A stretch of DNA of 63,924 nucleotides, counting the filler, from Sphacelaria rigidula (taxonomy: Eukaryota): assembly GCA_964200075.2 (NCBI GenBank). It is 7 parts of 7 records of this genome, joined end to end, with 100 filler letters (N's around TTAATTAATTAA, not from the genome) between each part and the next. Parts side by side here need not be neighbours in the genome. Positions count along the whole stretch, not along the records: positions 36,590 to 45,635 come from CAXNAA020009439.1; positions 45,736 to 54,780 come from CAXNAA020009440.1; 5 more parts are not named here. One strand, written 5' to 3'. The position numbers were made by a program, and so were the translations under genes. Every line of letters starts with the position of its first letter. The first letter of the stretch is position 1. Of this stretch, positions 36,662 through 48,452 are shown piece by piece. The notes beneath the pieces were generated by a model. The model had not been told where the DNA came from. It saw nothing but the letters and a program-made list of their open reading frames with translations, and did no database searches.

Positions 36662-39600
36662 TTACTTCGAAAATGCTAATTTACGCATTTCCCTTCTGCT
36701 GAACTCCAACCACTCATCGTTCGGGTATTTCACTCGCCAGTATGGATCAAGGTAATCATATACCTCGCCTGTCTCTACTCCTTCGCCTACTCCGTCGTCC
36801 GCAGAATGTCTCACCTGTGTTCCTATCGGGTACATGATCAGCGCCTCGTCCCTGTCTTTTGTCTGTGTGGACTCGTCCCTGTTACATTGTGGGTAGGGTC
36901 TCACAGACGGGTGATACATGCCCCATGTGGCATGAAACACATCTAGTTGGAGGGGGGGAAAGCTGTCCAACACTTCCGCTTCCGTCAGCTAGCCGGATTC
37001 CTGTCCATCCTGGTACCTGCCTTCATACTCCCACACCGTTGGTGTAGGTGCCGTAGTTGTACTCGTCCTGTTCGTTAGTGTGTACAGAGGTGAGACTACT
37101 GTAGAGATGTCAGCGAGTCCTAGGTCCGGTCCCCAAGCTAGCTGGGCGAACTCATCCTCCGTTGCGTGTCTCAGTTCAGGTCGACGTTGATGAAACGGTT
37201 TAAGAGCCGTGGTGGAGACGGTCCTGTGGCGCAGTTTCCTTCCTTGCATCGATACCTCTACACTGATTCCCAGAATAGGGGTTGCTGTTACCTCCCACGG
37301 TCCCGTCCATTTTTCGTGTGTTAGTTTTTGGTGCTGACCATCCCTATGCAACGTACTTTCTAGTTCTCGAACTAGCATCAGATCTCCTATTTTAGCTGAC
37401 GTTCCTGGGGAGTGTCTTGTGATATTTGTGCTAAGTCTATGTCTTTCTTTTTGTTTGTTCTGCTGTCTTGTTTCCAGGACCCGCTCAACCTGGTCTAGTT
37501 TTCGTTTCCTCTGTTCAACGAAGTTGTCCAGGCCTGTCGCGGAGTCATCACCGCCCATCTGTGGTACTAGGATGTCTAGAGTGGTTCTAGGATCTCGGCC
37601 GAAAAGGATTTGAAACGGGGACATGTTGGAAGGGACGGGTGGGTCTGGAAGTGTACGCTTGATCCAGCATGCTGGATCCACGTACTCGTCCCACCTGCCA
37701 GGCCATGATTTGCATAGTTCGGAGAATGTGTCATGCATCCAAGCCCCCGCCCGTTCAACTGCCCCCTGACCTCTCGGATCTTCTGCGGGTCCGTAGTCCA
37801 GAGATACCCTGAGCCATCTGCGTAGATCCCTTACTACACTTGCTGCGAACTCTCTCCCTTTGTCGCTGCGGATAGATCTGAGTATTCCACGACAGGTTCG
37901 ACAGGATGCGGGCTACCGGTGCTGACTCCTTCGTAGGTGCGGGATATGCGAAACGGAACTTCGAAGCTCGGTCAACGATCAGTAGTATGTATCGATTGCC
38001 TGATGCGGATGTACAATGCATATCCTGAAAATCGATTTCTAGCACATCCCAAGGGAGTAGAAATCGGCTCGGTAGCATTGCCACTTGTTGAGTTCGTGCT
38101 CTTTTCCTGCGTCTGCAGCCGCACGAGAGAACGTAGTCACGGCAGTCTTTGTTCATACTGTTCCAGTGAAAATGGTTTCGTAGCAGGATCGTGGTGTGCG
38201 CTACTCCCGTGTGTCCGTAATGTGCGTGTACAAGTGCTATTAGATCAGGAACAAGCTGTCGTGGAATGGCTAGTGTTGGTCTATTCTTATTTCCGGTGTG
38301 CCACAACAGGCCATGGTCGTCTATGCTGTAGCTATCTGATGTGAGCAATGCTACGGTAGGGGTGCACTTCTTTCGCGAAATTTTGTCTGGTTCAGGGGCT
38401 CCTAACGATTCTAGATGTACAAGAATACGGGTCAGGGCATCCCCGTTTTCAGATTTATTCGGGATATCCCCAGCACGTTGGAATAGTAACCCTGGCGTAC
38501 TCTCGCATATTTTTATAAGTCGTGTTTTGGATGAGATGAGGGGCTCCTAACAATATTTCTCTACCCCTACCGTAGCATCACTCATGTAGTTCCTGATGCC
38601 TTTTCCGTCTCGTTGAGTAGAGAAGCTCGGATCTGGCTCAGGTGAGGGTCGCTTTTCTGGTTCTCGATTAGGCTGGGTAAATCAGATAGAGTATTGATCG
38701 CTCTGTTGATGACTGAGTCGTGACTATTGGGCGAGCCACTTCTGGAGTGGATGTTCTTGTGTTTCGTGACGATAACCGGACTCGATTCCTGGCTGCTCGA
38801 CAGTGTCCGCTGGGAGTCTGTGTGGGTTGGGGGGATGCTCTGCGGTACGGAAATGGGTTCGTCGGTTATGAAATCCTTCAGTTTGACAGAACGGGTGCGG
38901 GCTCTGTTAGATCTGCGTGGTTCATTTTGGACGTCATCATGCAGCGCTGCCACCTTTTCTCGGGCGAATGACATTTCCGACAGCTGAGTCATCGTTCCAC
39001 TTACTTCCGCTTCATGTGTTTGTGTGTCAGATATCTGGCCAGGTTCTTGCTGTGTGAATTCATTTGTAGGGGAGTCCCTGCTGTCTGTCGGGGCTGCCAT
39101 CGACCACAACGCTGTGATGGAAGCAGATCCCACCAGTATCCCTTTCTCTTCCCCTAGTTGGCTCAAGGGGACTCCGTCCAACACCGGTCCTTGCGGGCTC
39201 TTCGTGCACCGGTCGGATTTTAGGGTGGAGTCATCCGGAAAAGCGTCGTCAACATCTGTACCTTCTGCGGTGTTGCCAAATAGGCGGGATAAAGCATCGG
39301 GGAGTTGGTGGCATGTGCCTGCTCCCCAGCGTAGTGTCATGTCGTACTCCATCAATCGTAGGGCCCATCGATGTAACTTGGGTCCGAGATCTCTACTTCT
39401 GAATAAACAGAGTAGTGCGCTGCAATCTGTAACGAGGTCAAATCTCCTACCTGTAATATATGGTCTGAAGTGTCCCGTCGCCCACAATACGGCCATGCAT
39501 TCTCGATGCGTTGCTGCTCTCAGTGAGTCTGTACGCGAAAACCGATGACTAGCGTATGCTACTACCTTCTCGACGCCATTTATCGTTTGGCACAGTGTCG

Positions 39601-41945
39601 CGTCAGCCCCCAAAATACTCGCATCGGTGTGTAGGGTTAAGGGGTGTTCCCACGAGGGGTATGCTAGAACCGGTGGGGATATGCGTGCCTCTTTCAACTT
39701 GTCGAAAGCTTGTTGTTTTCCGTCGTCCCAAGGGATTTTCAGTTTTCTAGCGCGTTTTGACTGAAAGCGGGGATCACGTAGAACGTCGGTCAGGGGGGCC
39801 GCGATAATGCTGTAATGGTCGACGAATGATCGCATGTAACCGGTCATGCCGAGGAAAGCCCGTAGCTCTTCTACCGTGTTCGGCGGTGAGAGTTTACTGA
39901 CTGCCTCGATTTTGGATGGGGCTGGACGTCTTCCCTCGCGGTCGATCACCATCACCAGGAATTCCTGGTTAGGCATGCACCATGACGACTTCGCAAAGTT
40001 GACAGAATATTTCGCTTCCAACAGAGCCGAGAGAACTTTCCGTATGAGCGTATTAGGTATAGGTGTTCAGAGAGTGTTTTGCTGAAGATGAGGATGTCGT
40101 CCAACCATACCTGAACTCCTTTACCTATAAGAGAGCCTAGGGTTTTGGATATACCTCTGGTGAAGCCGGATGGGAGGTTTTTCAATCCGAAGCTACACCT
40201 GCTGTATTCCCAAAGTTGACCGAGGGCGTCTCTGAAGGCTGTTTTGTGTTTGTCATTCTCCTCGATTTCGAGTTGAAAGTACCCTAAGGCGAGATCTAAT
40301 GTGGGAATTTGTTACCGCATAACCTGTCGTGCATGCTCTCGATGTCCCCCAGACCCCCGCTATCTGTTTCCGTGAGATCATTCACTTCCCTGTAATCATG
40401 GCACAGGCGTAGCGTGCCGTCTTTTTTTGGTACCGCGAGTGATCTTGCTGCCCATTCCGACTCTGACCGACGAATAATACCTCGCCGGTACAGTTTATCT
40501 ACTTCGGCTTGTATTGTTTCAGTTTCGGCGGGTGAAAAACGTCGCTGCTTTGTTGCCACAGGTTTACATCGTTCATCTCTCGACGGAATACGAATCTTAC
40601 CTTGGTCGCAGGGGCGGACTTTTTTCGGGTCTGCTGGGAAGATTCCTTGATGTCGGAACTCGTCTAGCAGTGATGAAAGCTTTTGTTTTTCAGGGATGCT
40701 GAGCTGTCCGAGGTTGGCGTCATTGAGATTGGACATGATTGTGTTCTTGTCCGTCTCTTTTCCTTCCTCGTTGACTTGATGTGACGTCCATGTTTGTGTA
40801 TAGTGTGATGTGTTGTCCTCGCTGTTTTCGGGGTTAGATTGGAGGAATAGCGCGTGGAAGCGTTCCTCGTCATCGATATTGACCGCCACTATCTGTGCTA
40901 TCTGATTTTTTGCCTCGATGAGGCTCTGGTTAAGGCTCCTGTTCACTATCTTGCATTCTACGGGTGTACCTGGCTCCCACCACTGAATACCTCTCGCTAC
41001 GCCTAGCACCGCACCTTTCTCTAAATCGTAATCCTCGGTAGGTAGTATCAGTACCAGTTGCCGTACTCGAGAGAGGGGACCCTTGGTGCGTACCTCTACT
41101 GCTGTGGTGACAAAGCCTGGTAGTTGCAGCGGCGAGGGTAAGGAGAATGCCCACTGCAGAGTACCGTCGTCTTCCCAAACTGCCTTTCGCATGAATGTGT
41201 TACTTACTATCCTGTCTGTGATGATTACGATGGAGGGGTTGAAGGCGTCTAGTGTAGACGGGGTGTACAGCTCTGGCTCTTCAACTTCTTTCCCAAGTAT
41301 GACAGCACAGAACGTGTCCCATAATACCTCGGCTACGTCAGGTATAACCTTTGGATCATTCGACGCTTGTACACCTTCTGCCGATAACGGGACTGATTCC
41401 GATGGTGTGCCATTTGTTGTGACACTCTGGGCTTCTGTGGTGGCCTTTTCTACGTCAGGCATTTTCTCCGAACCATTTGATGCTTGAATGTCTTTCGCAG
41501 CCAACGGGGGTCGCACTTGATGGTTCAGTATTCGGGGAGAATATCGAGCTACGGGTGTCGAGCGGTATCCATGGTGCGTCGGGTGTGGGGCGGAATCCTT
41601 GATGTTTGTCAAATAATAGGACGCTTGAGTGTTTGCGGAAGAATGCAGCGCCCAGTACCAGTGCGTATGGAAAGCCCTTGACTACACGTACTGCGATGTT
41701 GCGTACTTTATCTTCCGGGGGAAAGATGACTGGTATTGTAGAGGAGCCTAGAATTTCCATCGGTGGTACCTTGTTTTCCTCCGGGTTTGCTGCCCTCAAC
41801 GCGCCTGCACCTCTCTTATCTAGTTGGCTATCCGGTATTCCTCCCCACTTACAAATCGACTGCCAGAAAGTACCGGACACGTAGTTTCCCCCACCAGCAC
41901 CCGTGTCCAACAGGAGGGAGACAGGAAGTCGCATGCTCAACTTAT
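36662..41945 (-). pseudogene. pol: Gypsy pol (protease, RT, RNase H, integrase, chromo-like and Tudor-like tail) broken by frameshifts, a stop and a MITE
   Basis: ORFs 41455-41940, 40296-41612, 39952-40185, 38582-40021, 37755-38348, 36989-37738 and 36662-36973. Confidence 0.93.
38343..38583. mobile_element. 241-bp MITE with GAG...CTC termini and a 4-bp TSD (Sola-like) inserted in Gypsy pol
   Basis: atgt|gagcaatgctacggtagggg...cccctaccgtagcatcactc|atgt; a second copy, cut by the gap, is at 54709-54780. Confidence 0.9.
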
Positions 41946-42154
41946 GGGGATGCCAGATTTTTGCCTGTACCCAAACTTGTGCTTTGCGGTTCTTGTTGGT
42001 GGCAATACGTTCGGCGGCTGCCGAAATTCTTCTCTTTCTTCGACCGTTGGTACGTGTCTAGACTCGCTTTCTGCTGGATTCGTACTACTGAAGGGCTTCG
42101 GTGACGGCACATCGTTGAGGTTCCCCGGGAGTGAAGACTACCCGGGGCGCACCT

Positions 42155-44190
42155 TCAGGTGGTGTGCTCTGCTCCGTCTTCGTGTTCGCTCTCAAATTGG
42201 AGTCCGGTAATAGCGGAAATAATTTCAAGTTGCTCAGGGGTTACCGTGATGCGGCGTTTTTTGTTGGGTTGTTCTGATTCGTCAGCTTGGTGTGTGCGTT
42301 TCACGCCTCCTGGTTGTGATCGGTATGTCTGAGAGTAAAAGCCCCTCGGTAAGATATTTACCTCGTCGTGTATGTAGGGGCACCGTGGGCGTCTGCACTC
42401 TACCCCAAAGGCGTGTCGAAAGCAAATTCGTGCGTTGCGCAAGAAATCGATTATCTCCGTACGTGGAGAATCTGGTAAAGGGGGGTTGCTGATTGTAGCA
42501 GTGCCCACTTGGCCCTGGGTTGTAGTTGGTGGGGAACCTCCCTGGTATGTACTTGCGTGCGAGGTGTTATTGAATTGTTGGGGTTTCCCAGAGAACGGTA
42601 CACCGTGCTGACCCGGTATTGAGGCAGGTTGGTTGGAAAAGGCTGCTACTGTGTTGTGACAACTCAAGGTAGGATTTGCTGTCTGGCAGGTAGGTGCGCA
42701 GTGATGACACGATAGGCTTGGCGATTGCCATATACTTTGTTGGGAATTAGAGCAGATGGTCGGGTTTGGTTGTATGTTCACGCTGCCTACGTTGCATGCT
42801 GCTATCGCGTTGTGTCTGGCAAGGAGTGCCTTTTCCAGATCTTGTCTCGACTGTCCCATGAGGGCGTGGAGTGCAGCGATGGACGCTGCGCGGGACGTAT
42901 TGCGTGAGGTAGGCTTGGTGGTGGGTGTTGAGTCTAGGTACGCAGTGCTTCTGTTTCCAACAGCTTCACAAAGTCGAAGAAACTTCTCTCAGCTACATTC
43001 CCTCCGTTCGTCATTCTCGCTCCCAATGGATCTTGTGCTTCTACCCGCAAGGGTCGTAGTTCTAGTGACACTCTCATCACCTGGTGGTGCATGATCGATT
43101 GCAGACTAGACTGGTCCAGGGCGGAGAGGATGAGGAGTCTGAGAGCTCGTTTCATTAGATCATTGAGGTGGGTCTCGGAAATAGATCTCCAAAAATAGAT
43201 CTCTTCGGATGCATGAGGCATTTCAGAGTCTACAGTGAAGGCTCTGTAGAGCAACACTAGGCGGCGTGCGGCGGCCGACCAAGCTTCCCCTTGTTTGATC
43301 GTTATGTTATCTAGGGCGTGTCGCGCGATCTCTGTTGCTCCGGGTTGGAGGGCGGATTCCCGTACTAGTTTACGGAGCCATTCTGTTACTGAGACTTCGT
43401 TGGGTTGTAGCGTTATGAATGACCCGTGGATAGTGGGGACTTCCACAGCTCTACCGCTTTGTAGTTCGTCGTGAGTGCCTAGATAATCAGCCAGTAGTTC
43501 GCTAAGTAGCTCTTTACGGGAAGAAGACATCCCGTCCGGAAGTGGACGGTAAACTCCTGTTCGAGTGTCATTAGGGAGGGTCCATATCCCTTGGTCCATG
43601 TTTCTGAAAGTCTTAGCTAGGTTGTCAGCGAATGTAACTGCGCATGTAGTGTGTGATGTTTCTACTTCGCTCCCACCTAGTCCGACAAAAACCGGCTCTG
43701 AAGCATTTCCTAGCTTCCTGTGTATGCGGCGAATGGCTTTACTGCGTGCGTCTGGAGATAGTTTATGGTTGTATGTCATACCTGGGTTCCCCTGTGAGGC
43801 GACGTTGGCGCCCGGCTGGAGTGTCTGTTGTTGTGCCGACGACCCGCCTCCCTGGTTGGCTATGGTTACTGGTACGGTTGGTGGTTGCGCGTACCCCTGG
43901 GGATGCTGGTACAGCTTGTGGATAAGGGCATGGTGGGGGTGGAGGTGGCCCTACATTTCCTTGTTGTGGATGGGTTACTCCCTGTGCTGGTTGTTGCTGG
44001 GGAGGAGGGTAAGGAGCAGGGGAACCATGTTGTCCTACGGGGGCGATATACCAACCACCACCGGCAGGCGGGGGGGGTGGTTGGGCTGCCGGGGCCGGTA
44101 TTTGGACCGGTTGAGCCTGGGGGGGTGCGTGCTGGTAGGCTCCCCCCACTCGTCCGATCGCAGCGGCATGCGCGTACATGTTCATGCTTA
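42155..44190 (-). pseudogene. gag: Gypsy gag (Pro/Gln-rich N-terminus, helical core, CCCH finger), frameshifted
   Basis: Successive ORFs 43763-44185, 42934-43779 and 42155-42859 lie upstream of the protease. Confidence 0.75.
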
Positions 44191-46789
44191 CCTGTGGGGA
44201 GTAGCGTGAGGATGTGCGTATGATTTTTCAGTGCATGAGTGTGTATGCTACGCATTCTCTGTGGGATTGTTACCTGAATCTATGTCGAGGTTGTACCGAA
44301 TGGCGTAGGAGACGCCGGTGGAAAAACAAGAATAAGGACGGACCGATAATAAACCAAGTGGTAGTTACTAGCTATTTTATTGAGCTGCTAAAATCAAATG
44401 AACTAAAAACTTCGCCTGAAAAACAAATGAATATTGACAATACAAACTAATATTAGTAACACTTGGATCCCAGTCGGTGCTTACCCAGCAGGTGAAGTGT
44501 ACCTTGAGTTTATGTTGGGCGTGAATCGACGTACAACAAAATGCGGGAAAAAAAAAGAAGAAAAAAAGGAAGAAAGAAAAAAAGTGTGGGGCTGAAGAAC
44601 AAATGTGTAAAAACAAATGAAGAGAAGAGAAAACAAAATGAAACGCTGGTTGAAGGTCGCTTGCGGTTAAACGATCCTGAATGGCGATTTATTTTGTGCG
44701 GGACATGAGCCTTCCCCCCCCTTTTTTTTGTTGGGGTCCGTCGGTATCTATAGTCAGTTGACTGGGTTATTGATACATAATGTTGTCATGTTAGGTGATA
44801 ATATTGATTGGCATTTCAGGGTTGTTGTTGATGGGGTGAGTGAGCATCGTGTTTCTTCATCAGAGGTGGTCACCTGTCTGTTCAGGGGTGAACAAAGACT
44901 GGGGAACATATTTTGTTACCGATCATGCGTAAAAGTAAAAAAGAAAGGACCGGGCTCATGTCTCGCATAAAAAGAAGCTTCATGAGTTCCGATTAGTCTC
45001 GCAAGTTGTCCATGTATCAACGGTTCGGGTAATGTTGTGCGCGGAGAATTTGCGGGCGGGGAGTCATGTACGTTGGGGGGTATGGGGAGATCAAGTGTGG
45101 CTGTAGTCCAGAGTCGTGCGAGTCAGTAACCCGTGTATTACCGCGGTTCGGACCCTACATTCATGGTGGGGGTCTCTGCTCATTGCCCGTTGTTTCGTCT
45201 AGTTCATCGACGTGCCGAGAGCATATATATAACTACAATCATACTCACCCATAAACAATGCTGACCCCTGGAAGTAGTTAATTGCTTCGTACCCTTGTGA
45301 ACTGACGGGCGATCGGTCCAAGAATCGTCAATAATGTTGTTAGTGTAGAAGTGTATGGGCTACTTCGGCGCCAAGGTATTGTACATGTAGACATGCAGTG
45401 ATGATCACACTTCGATTGTAGTGACAGCATAAAACGTTACACTGATATAATCGTCGAGTGTTTCAACGGGATAAATGTAGAACAAACGTCATCGTTGGCA
45501 AGTAATTCATTTTTGGAGTCGACGGCTCCCAAAGTAGTCTACGTTTAACAACGTTTTCGTGAGATTGAGAGTAGATCTTCGATTGAGAGTGGCTTTGATC
45601 ATGCGCTTTAAGTGAGTTATTGTTTTATTCCATGTNNNNNNNNNNNNNNNNNNNNNNNNNNNNNNNNNNNNNNNNNNNNTTAATTAATTAANNNNNNNNN
45701 NNNNNNNNNNNNNNNNNNNNNNNNNNNNNNNNNNNTCGAAGAGTTAAAGCAAAAAAAAAAGTTTAAAGTTTTAAAAAAAAGGCCATAATATAACGAAAAA
45801 AAAAACATATATGATGTGCTTCTTCCCGATTCTTTATTATGCCCCATGCATTACCCGTACCAAATTTCACGGTCTAGCTCCAAATATTGGCTGGCGCATC
45901 CGCCTGCAAACTTTGATGCAGCCTCTAGGCTGGCCCAGCTCGTACGCAAAATGCATTCGCAGTACACGGCAGTACTGCCAGATTCGTGGCTGAAGGCCTG
46001 CCCAGGGCTCGAATGTGGAGCACCATCTCGCTCACAGCCGTGAGCAAAGTAGTGGGGATCCGACGATGGTCCTCTACACGACAACCTAGTGTGAAATACG
46101 CGAACAACCTGGCTTGGACCACACTGGACAGCAGAAAATTGGAGAGGAGGCCTTCACGTGAAAATGCTCTTTAACAGCAACATCCATGATTCACAAAATT
46201 GGTGCGCTACTCCTACTCATGAGTATTGGCGAGGTTTGACGTCCAGTTGAAGAACTGAGTTTCAGAGCAAACTTTGCGCATGTATCCACGACTTGGTATA
46301 CACGTGAGTTGATGCGAGTCAATTACGAGGTTAAATCCGTGTCGAGGGCAGCGAAATATTGCCACTTTTCACGACGTACACACACTTGCAGGACACTAAC
46401 CGGAGGTTGGACCAAAAGTGCTCTGTCGCGAAGGCAGAAAGCGATCGGACCGCAGCCCTGTCTGGAGTTCTCCTAGAAAAAAAGGTCGGTGAGTCAGAAC
46501 AGTGGTATATTCATATTGGATATTAGTCTACATGTCCCACGAGAACAATTCCCAGCGCAAGCATGACAAGCAGTGGCTGCCACCGGTGGCGTGTGGGGAG
46601 TATGTACAGGTATTGCCCGCTCTTGCATATATCCATTAATCTTGACGCCAATGCAGGATATCGGAGCATATGCCAAACCTCCACATAGGTCTTCAAGTAG
46701 AGGTGCGTCTAGGATATGTCACGCCTGCTGCGGTTTACAGCCGTGTTCACCCACCTATGTGTTGTTCACTCTGTTCTGTTGCGCAACAG

Positions 46790-46878
46790 GACAGGCTTGA
46801 GGAGGATAGGAGGATAGCGGAGCATAATCGACAGTCGGCCGACATCAACCTCAGGAGGGTGGAGAAGCAGCACGCACG
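46790..46878 (+). CDS. Coiled-coil protein, exon A (DRLEEDRRIAEHNRQSADINLRRVEKQHAR)
   Basis: cag|GAC...CG|gtgaag; phase matches exon B. Confidence 0.7.
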
Positions 46879-46949
46879 GTGAAGTGACCACCTGTGTCAT
46901 TAATACTATGAATATTCCCCTGCCAACAACATCTATCTGCCGGGACAAA

Positions 46950-47470
46950 AATTGAAGCAAACCTCGAATTATCCAACATAACGGTCGCAGGCTCGATCGA
47001 CTGAAGGTTCAAGTTGAAGGCCGGAAGTTCAAATTGAGAACCAGCATCCTCATCTTGAGGGCTCCGACCTACAGCTTGAACATCTCTCAACCATCAACTT
47101 GAGCGCGAAGTTTTCACGTTCATGCCTAGACGTTCAAGGTTCGACTCTCAGCTTAGGAAGTTCGAGTCGTTACCTGGTCACAAGTTGACGCATCAAACTA
47201 AACGGCTAATCGTTATCGTTGACGTGAATCTTCAATATGAAATCTCAACATTTCGGTTGACGTCTCAACCCCAGTTTGAAGGTTGACCCTCACATTGAAG
47301 CCGTGGTCCAAGATGAACCTTTGAGTTGAGGATTCGCGTTGATGCTTCGCGTTTCGCTTTAAACATTCAAGATGGATGTTGGTATTCCAACATGAGGGGT
47401 GGGGTTTCAACTTGAAGGCTCAACTTGGAGGTTGAACCTCTCAGCTTCAACTTGAGGGTCGGATCTTCGC
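46950..47470. repeat. Degenerate array of ttcaa/ttgag(g) motifs in both orientations
   Basis: Recurrent ggttcaagttgaagg and cttcaacttgagg. Confidence 0.55.
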
Positions 47471-47502
47471 TTTAGAAGATTCGGTAAAACTCCGACTCTT
47501 GA

Positions 47503-47802
47503 AACAACGTTCTCGTGAAATTGAGAGTAGAGGGTACGATTGAGAGTGAAAAGCGGCCAATTAGTGAATTAATTGTTTCAGTTCCGAAATGCTCCTCCAC
47601 GAGGCCCGATATGCTTTCTGTAGTATCTTGCCACTCAGGCCCTTGGTATCCCTGAGTAGGATATCGCGGTGTAGCTGTAAGCACACGCCAGTGGTGGAGG
47701 CAAAGAAAAGTACACACGGATTAAGAAAATGGCTAGGTTGAAGCGAATGACCAAAGCCACTCTCAAGCAACGCTCCTCCCTCAATCTCAGGAAGACGTTG
47801 TT
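47503..47802. mobile_element. TIR MITE (aacaacgttctcgtgaaattgagagt...ctcaatctcaggaagacgttgtt)
   Basis: Terminal inverted repeats; relatives at 45547-45635, 55525-55655 and 59424-60105. Confidence 0.75.
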
Positions 47803-48379
47803 TTAAGTGGAATGCTGCAGGCCCATCGTGACGCTCTCACCCTGAGTTGAACCTGCCACTTTCGACAAAAATACTCAAGCTAAACTCGCGGCAACAGTGG
47901 CATCCCCCTGCCAAGTTTCATCGTAAAGTTTGTTTAGCTATGCGCGCGTTTGTACAGCTGTGCGCCCGTTTGTAAGTGTGTGTATTACATTCCTCGGCTG
48001 GGAATGGTATAATATCATCGACGGAATAGCTCGAAAAAAAGCCGTTTCAGCAACGTGATGCTACAGGGTGGTGAAAATGATGCGGGATGGATGTGGTTCA
48101 AGCGAAGTAGCTCTGGGACACGAGGAAAACACACATGTTTTTATTGAAGCAGGGTCGACGCTAATCCATTCTACCGCTTATAATGACCAAGTCATAACAC
48201 CAAAGAAAAGCTGCGGGCACGATCTGCAGCTGTGGCACCCCACGTTTAGGAATACTACCCTCCTACTACTAGAGGTGAGATCGCTTGTTGTGTCCCTGTA
48301 GTTAAAGCGAGCGCAACGCCCCTCCATTCACGCAGTCAAAGGCACAGGACGCATGATGCGTGATACCTTTCCAAATCAG

Positions 48380-48452
48380 GCGCCAGGAGCTGACAGCACG
48401 CAATCGTGCAAAGGCCGAGGCTTCCGCTGATGCCTTCGTGGCTTCTTCTCAG
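48380..48452 (+). CDS. Coiled-coil protein, exon B (RQELTARNRAKAEASADAFVASSQ)
   Basis: cag|G...CAG|gtcagt; phase 2/0. Confidence 0.65.

Larger units (their letters stand above)
36590..45540 (-). mobile_element. Ty3/Gypsy LTR retrotransposon with a near-complete internal region (gag-PR-RT-RH-IN), disrupted; LTRs not identified
   Basis: Domain order on the minus strand: gag about 44190-42155, LLLDTGA protease, VPKKDGTLRLCHDYREVN and WLDD RT, LHTDAS...LVTDCSAL RNase H, HHCC plus DDE integrase. Confidence 0.95.

Noticed and set aside
43565-44223. Plus-strand ORFs over the gag N-terminus
   Set aside because: Antisense shadows of GC-rich Pro/Gln codons
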